Under the pieces are notes generated by a model that saw nothing but the letters and a program-made list of their open reading frames with translations, was not told the origin of the DNA and made no database searches. Positions 1 to 15,400 of a stretch of 64,000 bases of DNA are shown one piece after another. Position 1 is the first letter of the stretch. Each line of letters starts with the position of its first letter. The translations under genes were made by a program, and so were the position numbers. The DNA is from Phoronis australis. Its lineage: Eukaryota; Animalia; Phoronida. Location: assembly GCA_002633005.1 (NCBI GenBank), contig NMRA01000145.1, forward strand, positions 595,873-659,872, written 5' to 3'.

Positions 1-307
1 AACTTTGCGAGTGCTCATTTCAGCTTCCAAAACCCATGTAGTTTGTTCGCTTGCAACTTACAAGTGGCTTATTGTCCCCATTCTCATGAAACCTTCATTT
101 CTCTTGCAAATGAAGTGGCTCGTCGAAAGACATCATTAAAAAAACCCACTTTGACTTTTAAAAATGTTGACTTTTTAAAGACGCCCATGCTTGGCTGTAC
201 GCCCAGTCCCTGATTTTTGAGTTACCCAATTTCAACGCTTTGGGTGTGAGCACGGCTGAGAATGGAGTGCGAACAGAGTGTGAACAAAGGTGACTTCTGT
301 TGCTTAC

Positions 308-427
308 CAGAACAGGAAAATCATGTAAAACCATCGAGCTTGTCCGCCCAAAGCCATGTTCTGCCTCATTGAGCTTAAGTTTCAGTTCAGCTCGTTCTTT
401 ACCCCACTGCCTTGAGTTGTCTGCTAA
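308..427 (-). CDS. CCDC33: CCDC33 exon (LADNSRQWGKERAELKLKLNEAEHGFGRTSSMVLHDFPVL)
   Basis: tgtttctag acceptor, gtaagc donor; no stop, so the last exon lies left of the window. Confidence 0.85.
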
Positions 428-3400
428 CTAGAAACAGATGAAGGGAACAATAAGAATTTCGTAAAACAAAATCAAACCTTGAGTGACACAAAATAAAAAT
501 TTTTCTTAAGACGTACTACAGATTGCTCTTTAGTAATATCTGTTTAAGCTCGAGACATCCTGTGTGGAGCGTCGAATGTTTCAATTCTATTTTGTGAAGG
601 ACACAAAAAATTGAGTTGTGAAATAAAAAAGGTAAGTCCTACACTCCTTGTTTCTATGGTCACACTGTGATCAGAACGGAGCTCATAAGTGTTAATTGAA
701 ATAAACTGCTTCATTCTTATTTTTTTATGTTGAAATTGGATACTTTCGACTCCCCCACTCAGCCTTGAATGTAACATCCGTGACATTTTAAGCCCGAATG
801 AAAAGATTGTGCCCGTAACAGTGGAAATGGTGCAACAAGGATGTTTTCAACAAGAACATTTTCAGTTTTCATTTTTAAGATCATTATCCACTAAAAATAG
901 GGATTTTCAATGCAACAAACCATGGCATGAGATTTCATTTGATTGACAGGTTGCGCATGAAACCAGCGCATTCGCAATAGCCTTTCAAAAACTGGCGATT
1001 TTTAGAAGAAAACAATTTGCAAGAAATCAACTTTAACTGAAATCTTTGCATAATTAGATGCCTGCACAGCCCACATTTTCAAAACATTTTTTGTAAAATA
1101 TGGGTACACCTAACCTAATACACCACCATAAGCCTTAAAGCTCATAGGGCTGGCTAACTCCACTTTCTACAGCCTGACCAGATGACAGTCTTTCAACTAC
1201 CCCAGGAGGGGGCGCTATTCCATCGCAAGTTCCCATCCACGACTGGTACTCATTTACAGACCAGTCGACTGGAGCACAATGCAAGTCCAGTAACTTGCTC
1301 AAGGGCACTACTAAGCAACAAGAACACACAATCCTTCAGTTGCAAGTCCACCATACCAACCACCATATGCTCAGGGCTCTGTTTCATGAAAAGTGACTTT
1401 AAGACCTCAGACTGAAATGTGTTAGACTCCACAAAAATATTTCTGAAAAATATTAAATATCACTTGAGCAAATGTCCAAAGTCTCAAAGACTATGTAAAT
1501 GCTTGCAAGTTAATGAGATAATTTCTTTTTAATTATTTATAGAGTGTGGTGCTCTTATAATTACTTGGCTAGTGGAAGAAATTAGACCAAATTTCAGACT
1601 TAATCACTATCATGAAACAGGTCCCTGCCTATTATCTTCGGACCAATGCAGCTTAATCACTCATGCTACGACCATATAAGAACATACTAGGATTAACTCC
1701 CCTGTACTAGAGGTTTCCAAACACCTTAGTTTTGGAGTCAGCTTCACTCACTTGTTTTTCTAATGACATAATTCTTCCCTCAGCTTTATCTAAAGCTTGG
1801 TACAGCTCCAATTTCTCGATGTCTTCACTTGTTTCTGACTTTTTACTTTTCAGTTGATCCTGTTGTTAGAAGAGTTAAAATCAAGTCAGTATTTGCAAAC
1901 TTCATTAAGAAGTAAAGGTAGTCCGGAAAGAAACAGGAGTTATCCGAACAAACAAATATAACATTTCAGTTTGCTAGCATAGTACAGAACGTGCAAGAAC
2001 AAACAGGAAACTATACAACTAACAAAATTCAACAAACAAACAATGAGTTACCTGAACAACCAAAAATGACATTTCACTTTGCTAGCATAGTTGTAAAGAA
2101 TAAATGGAAAATTATACAACAAACAAAATTAAACACAAAAAAACAAACACACAAACATGGTAAACAACCTGACGGCTCATTGTTGTTTGACTTGTTTAGT
2201 GTAAGCTACAAAACATAAATTGAATAATTACATGACAAACTTGTACATAAAAAATATTTGCTGGCGGTTTGGTACAGGTTGTACCAGACATGCACAGGCC
2301 ACTTAGGTGGACCAATTGCACTGATCACATAAATTCATTTTCAAACTTTATTAAAATATAGTTAAAACTGAGCTGAGGAGTTACAGACCTGACTCAAGGG
2401 TCTAGCAGTGTGCCCCAGTGGGATTCGAACCCACGACCTTGAGTAAAGGAGGTGAATACTTATCCCACAAGGCCACACTGCATCCTCAAACTTGTACATG
2501 CCCAGATTAAACATTTACCGAAAAAGAAACCACAAGTTGGCCTGTTTTAGTTAGGGCTGTTCCAGTAAAATCTGTATGGGAGGGGGGAAAGCACCTTTTT
2601 TTCGCACCCACCACCCATATTTTTCATTTATTTCTTCAGCCTACCACCCGTAATTTTTTATAAGTTTGAAATGCAACCACCCGTAATTTTTTTTGTTCTT
2701 GTGGTTGACTGCACAGGCGCTTGAGTTTATCTGTTCCTCCATCACCACTAACGTCATTCATTACTAAGAAAACATATGTTTCTTATATATGGTTATTAGC
2801 CATCGAGAAATTCGAGCACCTGTGGTTAACTGGTGTTATGGGCATGCCGATGAGGAGATCGGAGGGAGTGAAAAAGTCGGAGCTTTTTGCAAGTTGCATT
2901 TTGTTTCAGTTTTTGATTCTGTGCGGATTGTTTATAAAATTTACTAAAATTACCCACCATCAAACATTTATGGCCCAATGAAACAACAACGACCTGTAAA
3001 TTTTTATTTTTTTGAAGTACGACCACCAGCCATTTTGAATTTAAATCAAACGCAACCACCCATAAATTTTTATTTCAGTTGCCTTCCCCCCCCTCCCACA
3101 CAGATATTACTGGAACAGCCCTTATTAAGTTACATGTAATTGTGTGACAGGATTGGAAATTTAGAACAAAAGACTTTTTCACAATACAAAAATTCAATAG
3201 GCCACTGTTGCCAAACTGGAGAGAATGTCTCAGCATCACCATAATAAGAAGCTCTTCCTCTAGGAAATGTGGTCATTGGTTGACTACAAAATTCTCCAAA
3301 GTCAACAAATAAATTCTTTAAAGGTGAATGCTACATTCTTTGACAGAAAGTGCTTTTGGTCAATTTTGCAAACATTAGTCTAAAAGGTGTTTTGAATATT

Positions 3401-6400
3401 TTTAGTTGATTTATGAAAATGAAATTGATAAAAGTACCAAATCTTCTACAAACCAAGGGTGATAATGAGCAAGAGGTGCACTGCAAATGTTATGTGACTG
3501 ACCAACTCAACAGGTGATGTAACAGATTTCTAACCCTTTTCTAGCTTGCATCATAGTTCAAGTCAATTTCAAATTGTTTTGTAGGCCTACAGATGCTACT
3601 TATAAGGAAAATAGTCAGCGTATTGGCACTTTAACATTTTATTTACAGGAATGGGAAAAGGCAAGAGAAGATACTGCTGGCTCAAACTGGCTGATATTTT
3701 CAGAAATTTCTAACGACGTCACACTTTTAGTTTGAGTCATTAAAATTTTAAATGAATTTCATAGTAAGTACTAAGTTAACCTATACCAAATTGACCAAAA
3801 ATGCCATAAAAATGTTACGTCTCACTTGAAAACTGACCTTCGTTTGAACTAGCTCGTTTCTCAGCCACATGTTGTCAGCAACGAGAGCATCGTATGCAGA
3901 ATCGTGACTCTGTTTTCGTGGATCTGTAACAAAAGGGCAGCAAAACTCTCAATGATGTGATAAACAAAGCCAAGGCACTAACAGAACAATGTCCTCGACC
4001 TTTCATTTACGAAACACAGACAGCGCCATCTTCAGAAAAGTACAATCTCAATACAAGAGTATAGACATTTTTTAGAACGCCAAATCAGTGCTCCTAATGC
4101 ACTAATACGAGACAGGGGAACATTGAGGTTGTCTGCCTCTGCTGCTCATTTATTTGGAGAAAACACACTTTCTTCTATGTTGACCTGTTGTACGTAGCTT
4201 CAAAACAGTGTAAAGATTATCATGATTATTTTCAATAAAAATGAGAAACAGGATGAGTCTTCCATTAGAGGTCAAGTTATCAAATAGAAGGTCATACGCA
4301 AAGCGTTTAACAGGGAACTGCTATACAAAGCCTATTTGAACTATTTAAAGCATGTTAATCATTCTCCGAGAATTAAGGAAACAATACCAGGAAAAAACCC
4401 GGTGTCAATTGCAAACAGTGTTGAAACAACAAGCATAAAAGCAACAAAACATTTGTTATAAGAGTTTTGAGCGATATTTTCAAGCCATCAAATGACAACC
4501 AACATAATTCAACTGTTGAACGGTATCAAGTCTACTCGTCTGAATACAGTTCTCATGGCTTTGTTGCAGCACCACAGGCACGTGCTGTGGCATCATCGGC
4601 ATTTGTTGTGGCATCAACGGCATGTATTGAGGATAGCCTTGTTGTTGCACTGCTGGCATGTGAGGAACCGCCGTAGACATGTGACCCATTTGACTGGCGC
4701 CACATGACGGACAGAAGGGTGTGGACGGAGGACCACTCGAAAACAATGCTGTAAGTGGGGGATAATTTGGACAGGTGCTAATACTAAAACTTAAGGCATA
4801 CTCTAGAACTTTTTCAAGTTTTCAAGTGTCTGATACGATAGAAAACTTGAAATTATAGTTAAAAGAAACTATGTCCAATCACGTTAGAGTGACCTCAGTA
4901 AGCAAATAAGGGACTAATCGCTGACATTCCTAGACTGAGAACTAAATGCATCCAAAATTTCACAAAACAAAACTGAAATGAGAGTCAAGCACACTTTGTG
5001 ATAAATTCACCATTATGCAACCATCGCTTCATGACAACTGGACCACCACCAACACATTCGTCCTAAGAGTTGACTGTGTCAACTAACCTAATTTGTAAAA
5101 ATCAATCGTATTTGGAAAATCAATCATAATTTGTAAAAATCAAACCTAATTCGTAAAAATCAATCGTGTAATGGAAAAGCAAACCTTACTCCTAAAAATC
5201 AAACCTGCTTGGAAAATCAAACCTGAAGGTTAAAATGGGAACTGCCTAAGTGCATGGAAAGGGCAAAACTACAAATTTGGTTTGATTTTTCTATTAATTA
5301 TTTTTGCCCTTTCTCCGGCCCACACATTTCCTTCCAACTAACAGCTGAGCCATGAAAATCGTAAAATAGGCTGACTGATTGACAGTTTGAAAATTTTCCT
5401 AGTCACGGCAGCAATGAGCAACTCTAAATTCACTAGGTGGCGCTATTGAGACAAAAGTCCTTGCCATAGTTAGGTAAGGACGAATTACTGTTATCACACA
5501 AATACCCTCATGCTGCTAATGGGATCCTGTTCTCAGTGAATGTAGATGTCATAAAGAGAACGCCCACCTATTGAATTCCGCCATCCCAGATTCGATTCTC
5601 CTCTTTTGTGGAGGATGAAAAAATGCATTGTTTGGTTGGCATAGTTTTTGAAATGCAGGGTCACTAACACACGCCTAAACCCCAGTCATACGTCACGTGA
5701 ACACCTCAATCAACTTTTAAAATTCTTTGTTGCTTGCACTGAATCTCACTATGCACTGGTCAGTACAACATGATTGGTGTCAGAATGGCAAAATAATCTT
5801 AATCCAAAACAGGCAGCAGTGCACCACTGCAGGCCAAGTGACCCCATGGATGTGCAGAATTGTGGGTAAATACTCCAGACAAGGCAATCATCTGCGATTA
5901 ATACAAAGTGACCATACATGCGGATATACATGACTTCCCATTACTCTTTTCCTTGTGCCGTCCTTAAAAATCTGTTTGCAGAATAATGTATTCCATCAAA
6001 GTAATGAGAAAGTTTGAGTCATACTTTGTGTTCTTGAGTAACCTGGAACTTCATACCTATGCTTTTATCTTAAAGAGTAAGAAGGAAATATGCATTTAAG
6101 GTAATTAGATACATTTTTTAATAAGAATGAAGTATAAATTAAGTTAGTAGTACACCCAGAAACTATCGCAAAATCATATTAAGGGCACAAACCAGTGTCC
6201 AGATGTTGGTACTAACCACATCCCTAAAAAATTGTAATTTTCCATGGATATCATCTTTTTTCCTACGACAAGATTTTTTCAAGAAACATACCACTTCTAT
6301 TTCTATATTCTATTAGCTACAAAAATGGGCTTGGGATTCTCTTTTAGGCATTTTAGTTCGAGAGCTTGGCAATCAAAAATGAAGACTTCTGTTTTTCAAG

Positions 6401-9400
6401 GAATGTTGACACCTTCCTTTTTGACAGCAGACACACTTTTGTAACAGAGTAAAGACACAAAGTTTCTGTAAATTTTGACCTAAATGTATATTTGTAGATA
6501 ATGCAGCAATCTCTGTGAAAAATCAAGATTTCTTAATGCAGTCACATGATTACAAACATCAAAAAGATTCTGTGATCGCAAAGAATTTTAAAAATAATAG
6601 TTTTATGGGTCTACAATCAATACTTAAAAAGTTGTAAAAATTTGATCTTTGAAAACGAAGGTAACTAACTATGGTTTGTGGTTGTTTGAAGACAGTACGG
6701 AAGCAAATTACCCAATCATAGTGATGAAATAATTCATGTACCTCTACTGATACTACTTGAAGTAATTATTTTCTTATTTTACAAGTAAATTAAATATTAA
6801 GAAAATGCTACTTCAACGTTACATAGATGGTACTGAATAGTTGTAATGAACTGGCATTACTTAAAGTTTAAGCATTTCAGCAACAACTTTTGAAAACTAC
6901 AATTATTCAGCAATTATTTTTTGTCCAGCATTCAAGAATCTATAGCTGTTACAGTTATTAATTGTTGAATAAAACGGTAACATTACATTAGCAATGTGTA
7001 AATAGTAATCCTTGAACCAAAAGCATGAGGTACCAAGTTTAGGTGAAGGGAAGTTCACATAATAAAATGGAATTTCATCTTCAATGTTGGTTGGCAACAC
7101 GTTATAACCTAACATAGTTTGCAAAATCCAATTACCTTTATCAAAAGACTTTCCCCTCGCATTTTTGTTGATCAACTTTTCCATTTTCTCAATGACCTTC
7201 TCTTGCTGCTTGCATGCCTCTTCCAGCTTTTTGACCTTTTGAACTTTGCCCTGTAACTTTTGAAGCACTCCCTGCTGAGTTTGCTGAACATTGCTCAAGT
7301 GAACGTATTCTCTTTCGGCGTCATTTTTCTGAAAACACAAGTGTTGACTGTGCATGCTCTGGATGAGTCCATTAGGCCAAAGAAAATCGCACAATTGTTT
7401 CTGGTCTGTTTTTTGAAAATTGATGCAGTGACACAGTATTTTTAGCCATTCGTATTATATTATCAAAAAGAAAAGTCTGAACTTGATGTCAGCTGAAATG
7501 GGTTGGAATCTTTATTGTTCCAAGGGTCGACTGATGCCAGTTAAAATGGGTAAGGATCCCATTGTTTAACAGTTTACCGCAGGTTTCAAAATGAGTCAGA
7601 TGTAGACCACAACCAATGGAGCTATTTTTTGGCCTTACCACATGCTGAGGAAGATGGTTGCCTATGACAAATTGGAAGTCTCGAAAAGTCCAGCTAAACA
7701 ACAAAAAACAATTTTTAAATTTATGCTGTATGCTCAACAGACAAAAGGTCAATGAGATCATGCAAACTGAAAACAAAAAGGTACATGGTATGTAAAATGC
7801 TAACATAACTATGGGCTGCAGCCATTTAGGAATTGTCAAACACTCTTCCAGAGAACACAAGTAAAGTGTGACCTCCCCACAGTCTGTGCATTTGAGCTCA
7901 ATTATACAGCACCAACCCATAGGTGTACTACGGTCCTCAAATAACTCTAGTCCCCCATGGCACTTTTTACAACAAACTTGGCAATCAATTCTGAGAGCAA
8001 GTCCATATCACATGACAGGTATCCAGTCAGGACACCGTTTTCTATATCCAAGTTAGTTTTGGCTTCACTCTCTCTCTCTCATCGGCAGAGCCCGTACCAA
8101 CAAAATCATGCTCCTCCAGGCCAGCAAACTTATGAAGTACGGTACTACCATACACACATCAGTTTCAGGCAATTGTGGGTCCTCATTAAACCATGGCCCA
8201 CAGTCATATGTACATACACGTAGACATGCAACTCTTTCTTGATCTTCGTTTTCAGTGGAATCTTTCTACGCATTGATGTTGGCACAATAATTTGGTGGTT
8301 TACTGTGAATTGCGAGTAAATACAGAACTGCACATACCTGACAGAACTGCACATACCTGACAGAACTGCACATACCAGACAGAACATTCGATTAGAGTGA
8401 CAGCTCCGTTACCTTTCACCTAGCATAAGTAATAAACAAATTTCCACGTGGTTCACGATGGCTCTGCAAAATCTTTTTTCTCTTGCTACACATTTCTTCT
8501 TTCAAGTTACTCGTGGTGGAAGATAAGATATTTTGATAGACACATGTGGAATATTGGAAAAATGGCCAATTTTTGTAAATAAACTTTGAGATATCCTTAA
8601 TGCAAAAATTGTAAAACGATGATTTCCTGGAGAGCTTCCAACTCTCATTGATGGTGAAAATCTTAGCTACCGATCCATACTTCAACACTGTCACCATGAC
8701 GAGGGATGTTTCAACATTTCTTACATACCTTAATTAATTCATTCTGTAACTTCTGCACTTTATCTTTATACGCTGCAAGCTCGTTGGTCTGTTTACCGAA
8801 CTTCTGTTTCAACGTGACTGAAATATCGAGATGCAAACATTAGACTTTGCCGGGTTTAGGTTAAAGTTTGGCATATAGATCCTGATCCCTATCTAGCCTA
8901 ATTGTGACTCTAACATTAAACTCTTTATTAGTACATACTGTGAAACATATTTAAGCAACTTATTTCCAACTGGGACATGACAGCTTGGCCTATTTGTTAC
9001 ACTCTAAAATTCCATGCAGTTTGCATACAAACATACAACCACCACTAACTGATAGGTGGTGAACAACATGCACTGAAAGCACAAACATAGCCGAGACCAT
9101 CAATTCCACCACGATCAGTTCAGTCTTCAGTATATAAAGTGAGTGGTCAGTTTTTCTAGAGCTCAGAAATCACTCTTAACTAACTATCAGTAAGTTGTTA
9201 AGTCAAACGTTTGTTAATGCTTTTGACATCGAAAACTGATCAGGGTAGTTGAACGTATACCAACTTGAAATCATCAATCAAGTGAACGGCCCATGACTCA
9301 CGGTAACGAACACAGAGTTCATCCTTGGTCATCACGTCCAGCTGGGTGGAGTCCATCATCAGTTTGGTCGAGTCCTGATAGTTGGCCAGGTCCAGTCGCA

Positions 9401-12400
9401 GCCTGCTGTTGGTCGATTCCAGCTCACGGATCTGGTTACGCAGGGTCATGATGTCCTGTCCCATCCTCTGTAGTGCCGTCCTGTAATTGTCCAGCTCATT
9501 GAGCTGTTCCTCAATGACACTGTCTGAACCTCGCCTAGAGAAAATGGAATACAAAACAAGAGTTTTCAACATGAGCCAGAGAAAGAGTTATGGAAGAGAA
9601 TATTCACAACTATCGGTATTTTTCATGAGCATACAAACCGTATGCTTTTCCATGTCCTCCCTCTCCCTGCACCCAAAAGCGTACAAGCGTACAGCATCTG
9701 CAGTGCTTCAATCCAAGTTAAATGCCATGGCATTGATTTGAACAATGACGTGGTAAAAAATGAAACAGTTCAGTTAAATGGTGAGGATGGAATAACCCTT
9801 CAAATTTCACACCATGCGATAGTTAATTCTTTGGTCAAGTTTAATTACTTATCTACAGTGAATTAATGACCTAATTCGCACATCTGTAGTGAAAACAACA
9901 GATTTACGGAACAATAACTAGAGTTACTTATAACTGAGTTGATTACAGAATGAAAATCTAGCTGGATGGGTTATGTCACTCGATTACTAAATATGTACCA
10001 ATTTGAGCAAACTTTGAAAATCAAAGAACTGAATATAAGTCATTTTTAAATACAATCACAACAACAATGCAGTCAGTAACATAACATAACAAAACACTGA
10101 CCAAATAGTGCGACACAAAATAATGGAAACATTGGACCTACCCCATATGATTCGTCCACCGTACAATATGAATTTTAGGGAAAAACACACCACAGAAACA
10201 AGTCACTGACTTACTCAAATGTTACAAGACTCCCCATTATTATTTCCATATTTTACTAAAAATACCATACCAAAGGTAAGCAGAGCTAAAATGTAACAAA
10301 TGCACTCTGTCTCTCAATGCTGCTAGTTTCCTTTTTGAATTAAAACTGCCTTTCCCATTTCCAAATAAGTTTTGATGAAACATAGGAAATAGAATACAAT
10401 AACCAACATGTTTTAAAGTTAAATATCTTTAATATTTAAGAAGCTGTCATTTGAAATAAAAACACAAATTATTCAAATGATAACTAAGTCATACTTGTAA
10501 AACAACAATTGCGTTGATCCCCTTTAAATCCATTTTGTGAGCCTTTTTCATGACTTGCATGGTACAGGATGTCTAGTAAGTACGGTGAAGTTTAATCTTA
10601 AATTCAGAATACAATATGGCTGAACATTGAAACTTTAATTTATCAAAATTTTGAAGAAAAGTACCTTAAAAGTGGAACAAAATTTATTTTATTGCCCAAT
10701 TTATATTACACCTGTAGCTGTCATCAAGGAACACATGGTGAAACTCTGAGCATATTTACAAAAATAATGCAAAGATTTTTTGATATATGGGGAAAGGATA
10801 ATTTTGGCACTTTTTGTTCAAATTTGAGGGAGCTTAACTATAGATTTTGAACAATTTTAAAGTAACCAATTGTTCAAAATGTATAAATCGTTGAATAACT
10901 AAGTGCTGATATTACAGTCGGGTTAGTCCTTATGAACTGAAATCAGTTCAATGTTACTTAAGTCAAATGTGCTCACTTCAACACAATATTGGTTACAAGC
11001 CATTATTTCTGATCATGGGGGGTTAGTAATTTCAGTGTTAAGATCGCCAGTCACTTAAAAATACGAACAAACAAGTGTTATCACCAAAATGAAAACTCAG
11101 CTGACAGCAATTGAACCAAAAATGCGAAATCCAAAACAAAACCTCACTTCTTCAATTAACGGTAAAATTCTTCAGTATTGTACAGCAAAAAATGGGATGA
11201 GTCGGATATAATGTAACCGCATTTCAAGAACCAGTCTTCTCCACTGAATAATAGGCATCAAACAGGTTTTTTGTGATTTTATTACGAATCGCCATTCGCC
11301 AATTCTCGTCATTGCCTGCCAGACATTTACTGAAATCAAGGTGGGTGTCTGTACCATTATGCTGAAAATACACTCCTGGCATTTATCACGTGGAATATGG
11401 CTCAGCGGCAGAGCACTAGGCTACAAGAGCGGAGCAACACGATTCAATTCCGCACCATGGCATATTTCTAAAAAAACTGCTATTTTGCTGAGGACGTCCG
11501 TTTAATAGAATTTTATAACTTTCTGTTTCCTATCTACTTTGTAACCAAAGAACTAAAAAAATTTAGCATTAGAAACATTCAAATTTAGCATCTGTGTTCC
11601 TACTGGATCTAGGATATCACAGAGGAGCCAACTACAAAGTCAAAAGAATAGACATTTGCGAAAAACTCTAAGAACAGTATGTCATCGGTACATTTCCTCT
11701 GGTCATGGTCTAGGACACCAAGTTTTCTGTCCCCTCTCCCTCAATCCCCCTCTGAAAAGAACATTTAAGAATTTTTGCTGTGTGCTTGACTACCCGAACC
11801 CATACATGGGTCACTTACCTGCCGGGTTCTGGTGTCCGAGGTGTCGCTGGTGTTCTCTCACGTGGCTTATCCTTGTCTGGGTCAACAAAAATATACTGGT
11901 ACTCTGGTAAGATAGTTTCCATGGCATCCAAGGGGGGCAATTCTCCATCTTTGACTGGCTGCAAAGTTCAACATTATGCCTTGAATAATTCAAGTTAAGG
12001 TGATGAAATTGACCTGAGGCTTTTTTAAAATCATGCCTCTAATTGTTTTAACACATATTTTTAACAAATTAAAATTTGTTGTCTGAGAACTAGTACCCTG
12101 TATGGCATGATGCAGGACGCTATAGTTTATCATGAGTACATCGTGCATCGAGATAAACACCCAAAACTAAGAGAAAACTTTTGTAATCAAATATTTTTTT
12201 CTAGTTTTTTATTTCCAATAAAATTTGGTAATAAAATAATATGCGTCCTCTGTATTTATAGATGAAGCCACTTAATTTCAGACCTTTTCACTATTTTCTG
12301 AGCATCACTCATAGACAAAAAAAGCTTAACCATGAGGCTAACGTTTTTGTAGATGATCCAAATAAAAATCTTTCAAGTGAACTTTATTGTATTCCTTCAG

Positions 12401-15400
12401 CTATAATGAAATATTGAAATTCAGCAATGAAAGGTTTAGCCTCAGCTTAGTAATGGCACAATCTAACCTCTATTAAGAATACAGATTACAGAAAGTAAGC
12501 ACAGACAAGAATTCACGCCACATCAAGCACTGGCCATCAGAAGACTCAACATTACACATGTCCCACAGTTAACTTTAAAGTTGAGCAATTTCTAAGGCTT
12601 AACTGTAATTTAAGTATTTCACTCAAAGGTCAAGACAAGCGAATTAAATCATCTGTGTCAAATACAAAAATGACACCTTAGTAAAATCTCTGAAAAAATT
12701 CTAGCAGCTATGATGAAATTTCAGCAATATGAAAAGACAATGTCTTAAGAAAACGTGTCCAAATCAGCATAAGATGATGATTACAGTGTGCGGTATTTCA
12801 TGCAATTACCGTCTGCTCGTATACATACATCTTACGTGTAAGTCTTGGATGGATATCCTGCTTAGCTAACATTTCTACCTATCTTGCACCAGTCTTAGAA
12901 CGAAAGAATATTCCAGGGAACGACTTAAAGTTTCCCATCAAATATCCAATTTATAAAGCTCAAATATCATGGTGCCACTATATTGCCTTCCAATATTAGC
13001 AACAACATTTTAATCTCCTTAATCGAATTCATTATCTAAAGAAATATTAAAATAGCACCCAGGTAACTTAACACCTACGTAGCAATGTTAAGACTACTAA
13101 GAAGTTATAGGAAACAAGCAGTAGCTCATCCTGGTCAACATGAAGACTTCGCATTCTGAATTTCCCTAAGAATTGATACATACCAAGACTGCTCTTAAAT
13201 AGTCATCGACCAAGTTTCAAACTGGCTGACACCTACCTGGGAGTAATAGCAGAGGAATGCCCAGTTTCCATATAGTTCTATTGTGTTACACAGTGATCCT
13301 AACACTAAAACCAAAATAGATAATTATAGCACTATGTTCTTGGTCACACATGTAATTTCACACTTGGGTCTCAAAACTGCCATTACTCACCTAAGAACTA
13401 GTACAAATTTCAGACCATAACCCAACAGAAAGACGTTATCTTACCTCTGAAGTATATGGCCGATAATACAAGGTGGCCATGGCTTATCAAAAGTTCAAAA
13501 CTTTAGCATTTATATCCACAATCCACAAACTGCAGCAAGCATAACACAGTAGATGATGGAAATCACATTGTGTCATTCAGATTAGCTTGACTAGCATAAA
13601 TCAAAATCCATGTTAAAATAAGATCTCCCACAAACAGGGCTTCAGACAAAATCCAACAGCAGAGATTCTTGAGTGATTCCTCAGGAACAGTGTTCCCCAC
13701 AGGTCATAACACACATTCAGCCTAAAGCCTGGCTTGGTCTTTACAAATCTTCTACACAGAGCTAGGCTACAATGATTATAATGCACTTTGGCCAAACAGT
13801 CTACTTAATGTTCTCAAGGAGTAACCCCAGCTATAGTAACCTCACATTGTGTATGTCATGCCCGAGTAAACAAACTGCTTATACCTGTTGAATAGTGGAG
13901 CTGTGGGCAAACTTTGATATGATTGGTCAAAAACAGACAAGCAGAGGATAACAGCAGGAAAGGGTCAATGGGGTTCATGAATCATGGAATGATTTGAATA
14001 TTGATGAAACCAAAGGTTAACAGATGCGGTAATGTGTTTTTAAAACAAGACAATAGTACAAAATATATTTTAATTGCCTTAACTTTGGAATATTTGATAT
14101 AAAATGAAAAATCAACTTAGTGCTAAGACTAGAATCAAATTGTTCAACAAATATAAACAACTTGCAAATTTCTGCATTGAAAATATGCCAATATTATGCC
14201 AACTATAACACAAAAACAATACGGCAAGAGAAATGTCTTAAACGTAGGTAAGTATATTAATCGAGAACTTATGAAATATAACCGACTATGCAGTTAATGA
14301 AGCACCAGAACAAACGATTTAACAAAAAGATTCAAGCTGTACAATACCATGCTCTAATAACAAACAAAATTCACAAGACTGCCATATTTGCTTTTCCAAA
14401 GCAACCTCATAGCTAACCTATTCTTTGTTTAATGAAATACAAGACAGTTAGTCTTGTTCATATTGAAATTCCATCATTACAATACACCACTTGGAATGCC
14501 CAATACCTGATACTACATCACCAGTCAGATGAAACCAGTAATGCGCCGTGACAAGCAACTTTTCTAATCTGCATACCGAGCAAAATGAGGCCTATTTAAA
14601 AATGGTACATCAGCTTTATGACCGAAGGTCTCGGCTGATTACACTTTTGATCCAAATCTTTTCAAGTCGCTATGAGGAAATGGACCCTCACATCTACTGT
14701 AGTTTCTAGTTTACTTTTCTCTTATAAATTTCTTTATTTATTTATTTATTTGTTCTCTCAACTGCAATTCTACAGCCAGTAGCTCATGTTCATTGTTTCA
14801 GTTAAAATTGACAATATATTATACATAAATATTGATTGATTGATTGATTGATACACATTTAACACAAGAGACAGTATGAAGCAAAATGATTGTGCACAAC
14901 AGAGCAACATTCAAACAGCAAATGTCAACAACAAGCACGCACTCAAACAGTGAGGGAGTAAATTCCACAAACAGAATCCAACACAAACGAAGAACCAATT
15001 GAGACAAAAACTAGGCATCTTACGAGAAAATGAGTGGTTCCACTTAGCACANCAAATTGTTCAACAAATATAAACAACTTGCAAATTTCTGCATTGAAAA
15101 TATGCCAATATTATGCCAACTATAACACAAAAACAATACGGCAAGAGAAATGTCTTAAACGTAGGTAAGTATATTAATCAAGAACTTATGAAATATAACT
15201 GACTATGCACTTAAAATGAAGCACCAGAACAAACAATTTAACAAAAAGATTCAAGCTGCAAAATACCATGCTCTAATAACAAACAAAATTCACAGGACTG
15301 CCATATTTGCTTTTCCAAAGCAACCTCATAGCTAACCTATTCTTTGTTTAATGAAATACAAGACAGTTAGTCTTGAAATTCCATCATTACAATGCACCAC

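Noticed and set aside
2410-2487. Functional tRNA gene (also 49140-49215, 11395-11460, 38832-39310)
   Set aside because: A/B boxes are present, but I could not fold a clean cloverleaf; most continue into a shared SINE body or are interrupted or decayed
11690-11752. Extra CCDC33 exon after a tcttttcag acceptor
   Set aside because: Stops in all three frames; exon 11819 splices in phase directly to 9534
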